Source: an uncultured delta proteobacterium (lineage in GTDB: Bacteria > Desulfobacterota > Desulfobacteria > Desulfobacterales > UBA2156). From it: DNA of 64,000 nucleotides. Numbering within the stretch: the first letter of the stretch is position 1; the number at the start of each line of letters is the position of its first letter. The notes under the pieces were generated by a model that saw only the letters and a list, made by a program, of their open reading frames with translations, made no database searches and had not been told where the DNA came from. Below are positions 40,446-49,673 of the stretch, piece after piece. A program made the position numbers and the translations under genes. The stretch lies in NCBI GenBank assembly GCA_963736855.1, contig CAVTQK010000021.1:576001-640000 (forward strand). The letters are read 5' to 3'.

Positions 40446-41310
40446 TTTATCGACATCCGGGCTTTGGAACGGCTTTTCCGGCACCATGTGCTTACGATGC
40501 TTCTGGACAAAGGCAAGATCACAAAAGACATGATTGCCCTGTTGAATAAATGGCGGCATACCGGATTCAACGTGTACGGCGGCCCGAAAATCCTCCCCTG
40601 GCAAAAGGTGTCCATGGAAAACCTGGCCCGGTACATCATCCGGGCATCGTTTTCCCAAAAGCGCATGACCTATGTTCCGGAAGCGGGGACGGTGATCTAT
40701 CAATCCAAAGACGGCCGACACACAAAGCAACGCATCCCGCGGCTTGCGCAAAAAAGCCGGGGTGGATGAGATCATCCCTTCCCTGCTCGAGCCCGAAATG
40801 ACCGATAGGGCGTTTCGGAAAAATTGGCCACGCCTGATTCGGAAGGTCTATGAAGTCGATCCGCTGATCTGTCCCAAATGTCAAGGACGAATGCGGGTGG
40901 TCGCGTTCATAGAAGATCCGGATGTGATCCGAAAAATACTCAAACACTTAAACTTGTGGGATCTGAAACGACCACCCAGGCCCGTTGCCCATGCCCCGCC
41001 GTCGGAGGTAAGCCCGACATACGACGAACCCCTCGCACCTTCCACCGATGATTATATCATCGATCCGGTTTATCCCCTGGATTCCTATTTGTAAAAAAAA
41101 CGGCGAAAGATGAAGCGCCGATCTATGCCCGAATCTGCCAAATTAACGGCCATTTCCTGGTTAAATTCCGATTGACAGCTCATCCTCTTTCCGATAATTA
41201 AAACCCGTCCGTCATAAGAAATGCATGCCCCCATATCTTGGGTCGCAGATGATGCCAATATACAATTTATTTTTCCGCTTAATCCGCTTGGAAAAAACGA
41301 CTTCTTATCA
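40446..41310 (+). mobile_element. Truncated IS91-like (HUH/Y2) transposase with internal deletion, plus its 3' non-coding end
   Basis: WRHTGFNV, ENLARYIIRASFS, W.RLIRKVYEVDPLICPKC.GRMRVVAFIED; frame break after DGRHTK. Confidence 0.8.
40531..40838 (+). repeat. 308-bp direct repeat, copy 1 (IS91-like fragment; partner 43746-44053)
   Basis: Identical apart from about 2 substitutions seen by eye. Confidence 0.95.
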
Positions 41311-42111
41311 TTTCATTATATCGCCTTTCTCTATTTCATGCGCCTGGAGCAGGGACGGATCTTCTTTGTGCTGGATTCGGATGAAAGCGGCGAGCAGGCT
41401 CTGCCGGGACGCGTATACGCCGATGTGCCCACCCTGATGCGTGCCGGGTTTATGGAGCCGGCCGTGGACGACAAGCCCAGTCAGGACGAATGGGGCGTAT
41501 TTTTATCCGGCTATGCACCGCTGCTGAATGGTGAGGGCAAATACCTTCTGGGAATCGATATGAATGCCGAAGAGGTGGACAAAAAGCTCTCTTCCCTGCG
41601 CTTAACCGGCATGATCTCGCTTATCGGCTCAATCCTTCTGGCCCTTTTGTTTGCCCTTGCCCTTTCCCGCGGGCTGGGCTAGCGCATTGCGGTGCTGACA
41701 TCGCGCTGCCGCCACATTACCGCCGGCCGATTCGAGGAAAAGCTTGAGATGCGCACCCATGACGAGTTCGAGAACCTGATCGAAGCCTTCAACACCATGA
41801 GTGATGGGCTGGGCCTTGCCCGCGGCCAGGCCGAAAAAGCCATTGCGCAATTGAGCGATGCCCGGGACAACCTGGAAACCCGTGTCCGGGAGCGGACCCG
41901 TGAACTCGAGCAAGCCCTGGAAAAGGTCCAGGTGCTAAGCGTCATGCTGCCCATCTGCTGTTCGTGCAAGAAGATCCGTAACGACCAGGGATACTGGCAG
42001 CGGGTGGAGCAATTCATGGAATTGCACACCAGCGCGCGCTTTACCCATGGGTTGTGTCCGGAGTGCGCTGTCCTGCTTTACGTAGACATCTTGTCCAAAC
42101 CCAAAACTTGA
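41311..42111 (+). pseudogene. 5'-truncated membrane sensor (periplasmic Cache-like + TM + HAMP + Cys-rich tail) with an in-frame TAG at 41680-41682
   Basis: DEWGVFLSGYAPL, TM helix, RGLG*RIAVL, HAMP DEFENLIEAFNTM, LPICCSCKKIR...FTHGLCPEC. Confidence 0.8.
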
Positions 42112-42156
42112 CTTAAATCAAAGACAGCGAACTTGTCTTTGCGCTATCCATAGACC

Positions 42157-42747
42157 ATGTCAAATTCAACTGTTACGACAACCCAACCCATGATCCAGCT
42201 CAAGGGAAACCCCCTTAATCTTTCCCGGATGATCCGGGATCGCACGGGAGTGAATCCGAATCTGTGCTTTCATTGCCTGTGCTGCGCCAGCGGGTGCCCC
42301 TTTATCGGGGCCATGGACTTACACCCCAACCAGGTGATCCGCCTGGTGCAGCTGGGCCAGACCCACGAGGTTCTGCGCTGCTCGGCCATCTGGGCCTGCG
42401 TGGGTTGCCATACCTGCTCTTGCCTGTGTCCCATGGCCATTGACATGTCGGCCGTCATGGACGCCCTGCGGCAGATCGCTATCGAAAACGGTATCATACC
42501 GGCCCAACCCCAGGTGCTGGCCTTTCACCAGGAGGTGCTCGCCTCCATCGAGCGCTACGGCCGGACCCATAAGCTGGAAATCATGCTGCGATTTAAGGCC
42601 CGCACGGGAGATTGGTTCAAAGATATCGACGTGGGGCTGAAAATGCTGGCCAAGCGCAAACTCGACCTTACGCCCTCGCGGGTGAAAGCCATTGCCGAGA
42701 TCAGGCAAATCTACCAGCAGAGCCGCAAGGAGTGGCCCCATGGCTGA
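42157..42747 (+). CDS. hdrC: Heterodisulfide reductase subunit C-like (2x[4Fe-4S])
   Basis: CFHCLCCASGCP and IWACVGCHTCSCLCP. Confidence 0.9.
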   Translation: MSNSTVTTTQPMIQLKGNPLNLSRMIRDRTGVNPNLCFHCLCCASGCPFIGAMDLHPNQVIRLVQLGQTHEVLRCSAIWACVGCHTCSCLCPMAIDMSAVMDALRQIAIENGIIPAQPQVLAFHQEVLASIERYGRTHKLEIMLRFKARTGDWFKDIDVGLKMLAKRKLDLTPSRVKAIAEIRQIYQQSRKEWPHG

Positions 42748-43597
42748 CAACCCGGCAAAAACCTATTCCTATTTTCCCGGCTGTTCCCTGGCCACCTCGG
42801 CCAAGGAGAACAACCAGTCCCTGATCCAATTCTGCCGCCGGCTGGGCATCGAACTGGTGGAACTGACCGATTGGAACTGCTGCGGCAGTTCATCGGCCCA
42901 CAGCATCAACTCCAGCCTGGCCGCTCTCCTTTCAAACCGCAACCTGGCCCTCGCTCCCAGCGGCCGGCCCTTGCTGGTAGCCTGTCCAAGCTGCATGCTG
43001 CGCCTTACGGAAGCCAAGCTGCATTTGCAAAACGACCCTGTCGCCCGAAGGAATTACGAGCAAGCCTGGGGCCGGAAAGTGGATGATTCCCTGGAGATCA
43101 TCCATTTCTTCGAGCTATTTGACCGCCTGGGGTTTTCAAACTTGATTCCGGGCGCCGAGCAGAGTCTTTCCGGGCTCAAGATCGCCCCCTACTATGGCTG
43201 TATGCTGGCCCGTCCCCCGCATATGCGTCACCTGCCCAACCACTACGGCCTGATGGAACGCGTATTGGGTCAATTGGGCACCGAAACGGTTTCCTGGAGC
43301 TATGCCGCGCGCTGCTGCGGGACATTTTTATCCGTGGCGCGGCCCGATGTGGTCAGCCCCCTGGTGGATCAGATCGTCGATGGGGCCTCTGCGGCCGGGG
43401 CGGATTGCATCGTCACAGCCTGCGCCATGTGCCACCTGAATCTTGAGGTGCGCTGCACGCGTAAACAACCGCTGCCCACCTTTCATTTCTCCGAAATCCT
43501 GGCCCTGGCCCTGGGCGCCACTGCCCACAACCACTGGTTTACCCGCCACCTGGTCGACCCGCGGCCCATGCTCAAAGCCAAAGGCTTGATCAGCTGA
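42740..43597 (+). CDS. hdrB: Heterodisulfide reductase subunit B-like (two CCG domains)
   Basis: YFPGCSL, DWNCCG, ACPSC, PYYGC, CCG, TACAMCHLNL. Confidence 0.92.
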   Translation: MADNPAKTYSYFPGCSLATSAKENNQSLIQFCRRLGIELVELTDWNCCGSSSAHSINSSLAALLSNRNLALAPSGRPLLVACPSCMLRLTEAKLHLQNDPVARRNYEQAWGRKVDDSLEIIHFFELFDRLGFSNLIPGAEQSLSGLKIAPYYGCMLARPPHMRHLPNHYGLMERVLGQLGTETVSWSYAARCCGTFLSVARPDVVSPLVDQIVDGASAAGADCIVTACAMCHLNLEVRCTRKQPLPTFHFSEILALALGATAHNHWFTRHLVDPRPMLKAKGLIS

Positions 43598-43745
43598 AAA
43601 GCCACATCGTACAAAAAGAAAACAGTTACCCGGGAACATCCCGGTTAACCGTTTAGGAGGAGAACAGATGCAAGAATGATTAGGCTGGCATTTATAGGAG
43701 CAAATCGTATGCCAGGCGAGGCCAAAATGCCGGGGTAGTGGTTGT

Positions 43746-44053
43746 TGATTGCCCTGTTAAATAAATGGCGGCATACCGGATTCAACGTGTACGGCGGCCC
43801 GAGAATCCTCCCCTGGCAAAAGGTGTCCATGGAAAACCTGGCCCGGTACATCATCCGGGCATCGTTTTCCCAAAAGCGCATGACCTATGTTCCGGAAGCG
43901 GGGACGGTGATCTATCAATCCAAAGACGGCCGACACACAAAGCAACGCATCCCGCGGCTTGCGCAAAAAAGCCGGGGTGGATGAGATCATCCCTTCCCTG
44001 CTCGAGCCCGAAATGACCGATAGGGCGTTTCGGAAAAATTGGCCACGCCTGAT
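43746..44053 (+). repeat. 308-bp direct repeat, copy 2 (IS91-like transposase fragment)
   Basis: Begins and ends with TGAT; matches 40531-40838 including the same internal deletion. Confidence 0.95.
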
Positions 44054-44054
44054 G

Positions 44055-44378
44055 TTGAAATCCCACCAACGCGGGATGGAGGGAAGGGGTTGACAGGCAA
44101 GTGTATCGAGGAGGGGAAACAATGCAGGACACAGAGCCTATAAGAGCATTGTCAACGGAACTGAATCGACTATCGGAGATTGCGGCAAGAGATTCACTCT
44201 TGGATTTATGCCGCAGGTATGTGAACCTGCTTGAAGAGTCCCGCCAAGGCGGGATTCTGTGAGGGGCCGGGGCCAACGGATACATGGTTGAAATAGAGTG
44301 GCACCGCCGGGAAACCAGGCGGCAAACAGAGAAAACAAACCTCAACCTGTAGTATCGGGAGAATCCGGTCTACTCGAC
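44055..44378 (+). mobile_element. Group II intron 3' remnant: start of domain IV/RT N-terminus, damaged domain V, extended domain VI
   Basis: LSTELNRLSEIAARD resembles an RT N-terminus; GAAGAG...TTCTGTGAGGGG domain V frame; ends CTACTCGAC. Confidence 0.7.
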
Positions 44379-44401
44379 TCATTATCATTCATTTTATCAT
44401 T

Positions 44402-44934
44402 CCCTCTGGGAAGAACTGCATCCCTTTGAACGGATGGGGCTTATCCTTGAATACATGAGGAAAAGCGGTCGATTTCTCGATCTTCATACCGAATCGATCC
44501 GGGGTGATATTCGGCCTTCGGATGATAAATACGCCGGCGTCAAGGCAGACTCCGATCCGGTCTTTGCCGTATGGGGAAAACGCAAATAGCCCTATGGGGC
44601 TCCGGATTTCTCCGAACGCCCCGGTATTTCAGCATGAGAGAGGATCTGAAGTCGGAGCCCACAGGCATTTGGTCAACCTGGAAAAAGACGACTCTAGAAT
44701 CACTTCGGCTGTCTCCAGCGCTTCACGAGACTTGAATCCCGACCCCAGAGCCTGAAAAAGGGCATCGTGCCGGGATACAGCACACCCCAGTTTCTCATAT
44801 TCAATCGGAATCGGCGGATACGTTGCATCTTTGAAAAAATAGGTCCCAGGTCCTTTCCACCCGACCGCCCTGAACGACCAGCTTTGTCGGAGGTCAAAAA
44901 AGAATTTCATGGCTTTCGCCGCCCCGGAATTTTC
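44402..44934 (+). repeat. Imperfect direct repeat, copy 2 (methyltransferase 3' end plus 3' end of the 44629-45534 gene)
   Basis: Matches 39680-40118. Confidence 0.95.
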
Positions 44935-45534
44935 CTGTATCTCTTTGAGGTGCAGGTTCCTTCCCAACCGGCGATCGACTTCTGAACAAACGGCATCGAG
45001 AAATGCAGCATCTGTGATCACAAGTCCATAGAGATACCAGTCGGTACATACTGCCCTGACGATCTCTTTACGATCGGCGGAAAGGTTTCGGCAGGGCGGG
45101 CAGAAGTATTCCCGACATGCCAGACCGCCGTAAAAACTCAGCCCTCTGAAATCGATTCCCCGGTTTCCATCCGATAGAGGATGCAGCAGGCACCCCACTC
45201 GAGAACGCTGCTTTCCGACAAGACCCAAAAAAGGACAGCGATAAAAATCCGGATAGATACCCGGATCCGATTCCAGATGCTCCATTCGGAGCCGAAACGC
45301 CTCGATGGCATCTGCAGCGCGGGGAATCTCCTGGAATTCCCGGGTTCGAAAGGAAAGGATTTTAAGGAGTGTTTCCCGGGAGGCATCCGCACGATTGTAA
45401 AGTCCGCAACAGGCTCCGCAGGATACAGATTCTGAAACCTGGCAAAGATACACACCCCCTGGAACCGTTGCTTCAGGGTGTTGAAAAACCGACCTACGCT
45501 TTTCCACGACGCCTTGACCATTCATAAAGGGCAA
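44629..45534 (-). CDS. Cys-rich hypothetical protein (possible metal/Fe-S binding)
   Basis: SCGACCGLYN, CPFLG...VGCLLHP, CREYFCPPC. Confidence 0.75.
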   Translation of the reverse strand: MPFMNGQGVVEKRRSVFQHPEATVPGGVYLCQVSESVSCGACCGLYNRADASRETLLKILSFRTREFQEIPRAADAIEAFRLRMEHLESDPGIYPDFYRCPFLGLVGKQRSRVGCLLHPLSDGNRGIDFRGLSFYGGLACREYFCPPCRNLSADRKEIVRAVCTDWYLYGLVITDAAFLDAVCSEVDRRLGRNLHLKEIQENSGAAKAMKFFFDLRQSWSFRAVGWKGPGTYFFKDATYPPIPIEYEKLGCAVSRHDALFQALGSGFKSREALETAEVILESSFSRLTKCLWAPTSDPLSC

Positions 45535-46969
45535 CGGCCATCGCCACCGCCGCGTTTAAAGAGTCGATCCCCTGCTCCATAGGGATGGAAACGGCGCGAT
45601 CTCGTAAGCCTTCAGGCAATCCCTGGCCCTCCATTCCGGCCAGCAGCCCGAAAGCTTCCGGAAAACGGATTTTACGCAGATCCCGACCTTCAGCCGACAG
45701 GGCGATGACCGGGATATCCGGCGGGACTGCTTCCAGCGCCGGTCCCTCTTTTAACGGCAAGGTGAGGGCGGCACCCCCCGAAGCCCGCAGCGCCTTGGGA
45801 TGAAACGGGTGCGCGCTCTCCTGAAGCAGGATCCCCTGAGATGCCCCGAAGGCTGCCGCAGACCGAATGGCGGCCCCGACATTCTCCGGATCCTGGAAAG
45901 GCAGGAGCACGCTGCATCCTGGGGGAAAACCTTCTTCCGGTTGCCAGAGGGGTATCTCCGGCACACGGATCACCAATAGCGGGCTGCGGGTCCCATAGGC
46001 ATCCAGTACATCGAACAGGTCCGGGGCAAGGCAATACCATTTCATTAAAGCCGGTGCCCTCGGAGGAGGCGGCGTCCGGTCCCCACGGCTGATCCATGCT
46101 TCACATCTGTCCGGATGTTTTTGAAGAATTTCTAGGACTTGTCGGGTACCGCAAGCCAGGGCCTTCCCCGCTTTCCTCACCCCCCTGCTGGTCAAAAGCT
46201 TTTTGAGATCAATGAAAATCGGATTTTGGGGACTCGAAATAGCGTGCAGGGTGTTTTGGGCCGATGCGCTTTGCCGTACCGCGCAAACCGGGGCGTCAAG
46301 CCTTCGAAAAATCACCAAACGTCGCTGGTGCCGAATTTCGGGGAGGGTATAGGCTTTGTCGAAAAAAAGGGCATAGGCGTCCTTGAAACGCTTTGTCGCA
46401 CGCGCCACTTCCGCCTCAGAGCCCGGTCCCTTCATGAAGATGGCCATCCCTCCCTGATTCAAGGATCCCCGGATGCGATCGAGGGTCTCGTCGATGGGTT
46501 CTACGGCCCGGGTGATGACGGCTTCCACCGGTATTTCGGTCCGTTCTGAAATGCTGCCCGCATGTACCCGGATTCCCTTCAATCCCAGCAGGGCAATGGC
46601 CTGATTTAAAAACAAAACGCGCTTTCCCCGGCTTTCCGCCAAAATGACCTCAAGGTTTGGCCGAAAAATCTTCAAGGGTATCCCCGGCATCCCGGGCCCG
46701 GTACCCAGGTCGAGAAGTGGAGATGGAAGATCGATCATCGTAGCGGGAAAAAAGGAATCGACGTAGAGCTTCAATATCATATTGGTGAAATTGTGAACCC
46801 GTGTGAGGTTCAATTCGGAATTGCGGTCCCTCAAGAGGGTGTGATAAGTCCACAGCTGCCGGAGCTGGGGAGCGGAAAGCGTAATCCCGCAGCCTTGCAA
46901 AAGGGTATCCATCCTTTCTACGGTGGCCGTCTTTTCAGGTTCGGCAACAAAACGGTGCATCTTACTCAT
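45494..46969 (-). CDS. rsmG: 16S rRNA m7G527 methyltransferase RsmG fused to a TrmH/SpoU-family methyltransferase (start uncertain)
   Basis: NLTR, LDLGTGPGMPGIPL, TRAV, MKG; then QDPENVGAAIRSAAAFG, GMEGQGL, DSLNAAVA. Confidence 0.88.
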   Translation of the reverse strand: MSKMHRFVAEPEKTATVERMDTLLQGCGITLSAPQLRQLWTYHTLLRDRNSELNLTRVHNFTNMILKLYVDSFFPATMIDLPSPLLDLGTGPGMPGIPLKIFRPNLEVILAESRGKRVLFLNQAIALLGLKGIRVHAGSISERTEIPVEAVITRAVEPIDETLDRIRGSLNQGGMAIFMKGPGSEAEVARATKRFKDAYALFFDKAYTLPEIRHQRRLVIFRRLDAPVCAVRQSASAQNTLHAISSPQNPIFIDLKKLLTSRGVRKAGKALACGTRQVLEILQKHPDRCEAWISRGDRTPPPPRAPALMKWYCLAPDLFDVLDAYGTRSPLLVIRVPEIPLWQPEEGFPPGCSVLLPFQDPENVGAAIRSAAAFGASQGILLQESAHPFHPKALRASGGAALTLPLKEGPALEAVPPDIPVIALSAEGRDLRKIRFPEAFGLLAGMEGQGLPEGLRDRAVSIPMEQGIDSLNAAVAMAVALYEWSRRRGKA

Positions 46970-47018
46970 ATCGCAGTCCATAGGTCGGAGATGACGCGGT
47001 CTTGCGCGATGCGCCTTT

Positions 47019-47786
47019 ATGAAAGGGTTCCCATCGGTGACTTCGATGCATTTTTTCCACCATCGCTGGCCTGTTTTTTTCGAAGACAACCATGTTCTCT
47101 CCCTTTACAAACCGGCCGGTCTTCTCATGCAGGGAGACCGAAGCGGTGCGCCGTGCATTCTCGATCTGGCCCGATCCTGGATCAAAGAGCGTCATCACAA
47201 GCCGGGACGGGTCTTTCTCGGGCTGGTCCACCGCCTGGACCGCCCCGTGGCCGGTATTGTGCTTTTCGCCCGCACCTCTAAGGCCGCATCCCGACTCAGC
47301 GCCCGGATTCGCGAGGGGCGGATTAGAAAAGCTTATATTGCCATCCTGGAAGGAATACCCCCCTCACCTTCAGGAGACCTGGTTCACTTCTTTGAATGCG
47401 TGAAGGGAAAAAACCGCATTCAAAGCATGCCGGGAAAAGGCATCAAGGAAGCCCGCCTTAGCTTTAAGGTTCTGGAAAGCGCCGGTAAACAAACTCTTGT
47501 AAAAATCAATCTGCAAACCGGACGCAAACACCAGATCCGTCTTCAGTTCGCCCAAATCGGATGCCCGGTGGTGGGGGACGTGCGTTATGGCGCTTCAGCA
47601 CCCCTTTCCGGCCGCCAAATCGCTCTCTTTTCCCAAGAAATCGCTTTTCAGCATCCCACACGGCCGGAGGAAATTACCCTGTCATCCCCCCTGCCGGAAG
47701 GATGGCCCTGGGGTTCCGGTATCGCTGCGACGGATGCGCCGCTTTGGAATTGGGATGATTTTGCCCTTCCCATTATTTCCGGGTAA
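47019..47786 (+). CDS. RluA-family RNA pseudouridine synthase (start uncertain)
   Basis: KPAGL, VHRLDRPVAG, TGRKHQIR, PVVGDVRYG. Confidence 0.9.
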   Translation: MKGFPSVTSMHFFHHRWPVFFEDNHVLSLYKPAGLLMQGDRSGAPCILDLARSWIKERHHKPGRVFLGLVHRLDRPVAGIVLFARTSKAASRLSARIREGRIRKAYIAILEGIPPSPSGDLVHFFECVKGKNRIQSMPGKGIKEARLSFKVLESAGKQTLVKINLQTGRKHQIRLQFAQIGCPVVGDVRYGASAPLSGRQIALFSQEIAFQHPTRPEEITLSSPLPEGWPWGSGIAATDAPLWNWDDFALPIISG

Positions 47787-49458
47787 GCTGCCGGTATCGG
47801 ATGCGACGGGGTATCTCGGCCGCAGTCCCTAAGCGTTTGCGCCGGTCGGTCTCATAATCCGAATAATTTCCCTCAAACCAGGCTACCCGGCTTTCGCCTT
47901 CAAAGGCAAGGATATGAGTGGCGATCCGGTCGAGAAACCACCGGTCGTGGGTGATAACCACCGCGCACCCCGCAAAGTTTTCGAGCGCCTCCTCAAGGGC
48001 CCGCAGAGTGTTCACATCCAGGTCGTTGGTGGGCTCATCCAGAAGCAGCAGGTTGGCCCCGGATTTGAGCATCCGGGCCAAATGGACTCGGTTGCGTTCC
48101 CCCCCGGACAGCATTCCCACCTTCTTTTGCTGATCGTTTCCGGAAAAGGCGAACCTTGCCACGTAGGCCCTGGATTTAACCTGTACTTTTCCCAATTCGA
48201 GGATGTCTTTACCATCCGAAATCACTTCCCAAACGGTTTTTTCAGGATTCAGACTTTCCCGGCTCTGATCGACATACGCTATTTTCACCGTTTCCCCGAA
48301 CCGGAATGCGCCCGAATCCGGCTCTTCCTGCCCGGTAATCATTTTAAACAATGTGGTTTTACCCGCGCCGTTAGGCCCGATAACTCCTACAATGCCCCCG
48401 GGAGGCAGAGAGAAAGACACATTCTCCATGAGGAGCCGATCCTTGAACCCCTTGGTCACGCTGTTGGCTTCCACCACCAGGTTCCCCAGGCGGGGGCCTG
48501 GAGGGATATAGATCTCCAAGTCTTCCTGGCGCTGGATGCTGTCCTGGGAAAGGAGTTTTTCATATGCGCCGATCCTGGCCTTGGATTTGGCTTGTCGCGC
48601 CTTTGGACTCATTCGGATCCATTCCAGTTCACGCTCCAGCGTCTTCCGGCGTTTGCTTTCGCCTTTTTCCTCCACTGCCAGACGGGCTTTTTTTTGTTCG
48701 AGCCAGGACGAATAATTTCCCTTCCAGGGGATGCCGCGCCCTCGGTCGAGTTCCAGGATCCAGCCGGCCACGTTATCAAGGAAATAGCGGTCATGGGTTA
48801 CGGCGATGACGGTTCCTTCGTAGTTTTGCAGGTGATGCTCCAGCCATGCGACGGTCTCTGCATCCAGATGATTTGTCGGTTCGTCCAGCAGCAAAATGTC
48901 CGGTTTTTGGAGCAGAAGACGGCACAGAGCCGCGCGCCGGCGCTCGCCCCCTGAAATGACTTTGACCGGCGTGTTTCCTTCAGGACACCGCAAAGCATCC
49001 ATAGCCATTTCCAGGCGGGAATCGATATCCCATGCATTCAAGGCGTCGAGTTTTTCCTGGATCACCCCCTGGCGCTCGATGAGACGGTTCATCTCGTCAT
49101 CCGAAAGGGGTGCAGCCAATGCTTCGCTGATCCGGTTGAATTCCTTCATGAGATTCACGGTTTCCCGAACCCCTTCCTCGACGATTTCCCTAACGGTCTT
49201 GGTCTCGTCCAGAACCGGCTCCTGCTCCAGAAAACCCACTGTATGACCCGGAGAAATGACGGTTTTACCCAAAAATTCGGTGTCAATGCCGGCCAGAATC
49301 CGCAACAGGGAGCTCTTTCCGGAGCCGTTAAGCCCGATAACACCGATCTTTGCGCCGTAAAAATAGGAAAGGGAAATGTCTTGAAGGATTGGACGTTTGT
49401 CATAGTACTTACTGACTCCGATCATGGAATAGATGATTTTATCCAACTGCTCACCCAT
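47773..49458 (-). CDS. ettA: Energy-dependent translational throttle protein (ABC-F)
   Basis: YFYGAKIGVIG.NGSGKS, two ABC domains, ELEWIRMSPKARQAKSKARI, C-terminal RIRYRQL. Confidence 0.96.
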   Translation of the reverse strand: MGEQLDKIIYSMIGVSKYYDKRPILQDISLSYFYGAKIGVIGLNGSGKSSLLRILAGIDTEFLGKTVISPGHTVGFLEQEPVLDETKTVREIVEEGVRETVNLMKEFNRISEALAAPLSDDEMNRLIERQGVIQEKLDALNAWDIDSRLEMAMDALRCPEGNTPVKVISGGERRRAALCRLLLQKPDILLLDEPTNHLDAETVAWLEHHLQNYEGTVIAVTHDRYFLDNVAGWILELDRGRGIPWKGNYSSWLEQKKARLAVEEKGESKRRKTLERELEWIRMSPKARQAKSKARIGAYEKLLSQDSIQRQEDLEIYIPPGPRLGNLVVEANSVTKGFKDRLLMENVSFSLPPGGIVGVIGPNGAGKTTLFKMITGQEEPDSGAFRFGETVKIAYVDQSRESLNPEKTVWEVISDGKDILELGKVQVKSRAYVARFAFSGNDQQKKVGMLSGGERNRVHLARMLKSGANLLLLDEPTNDLDVNTLRALEEALENFAGCAVVITHDRWFLDRIATHILAFEGESRVAWFEGNYSDYETDRRKRLGTAAEIPRRIRYRQLTRK

Positions 49459-49584
49459 CTGTCGTCATCTCCTTTTTTGATCAGTGGAAGAATTCGAGAG
49501 TTATCTTGATACACGATGTCATACGACGGATCAACAGGATCATTCCGCTGGGTCGTAAAACGATCTGTGGATTGAAAAGCGTCA

Positions 49585-49613
49585 TTGACATGTCATGAGG
49601 ATTAGCATAAATT
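49585..49613 (+). promoter_or_regulatory. Putative sigma70 promoter with an overlapping TGACATGTCA palindrome
   Basis: TTGACA-17 nt-TAAATT. Confidence 0.5.
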
Positions 49614-49673
49614 TTTTAATTCTTTTTTAAATAGAAAAGGGCGTTTCCCCCCAGACAACAGAAGCAAAGCTAT

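Noticed and set aside
41680..41682. In-frame TAG as possible pyrrolysine or read-through codon
   Set aside because: The gene is also 5'-truncated by a mobile remnant, and no pyl genes are in view; a nonsense mutation is simpler.
47914..48954. Long antisense ORFs (also 14903-15952, 52420-53574, 2750-3529)
   Set aside because: These are shadow frames opposite well-supported genes, with no recognisable motifs.
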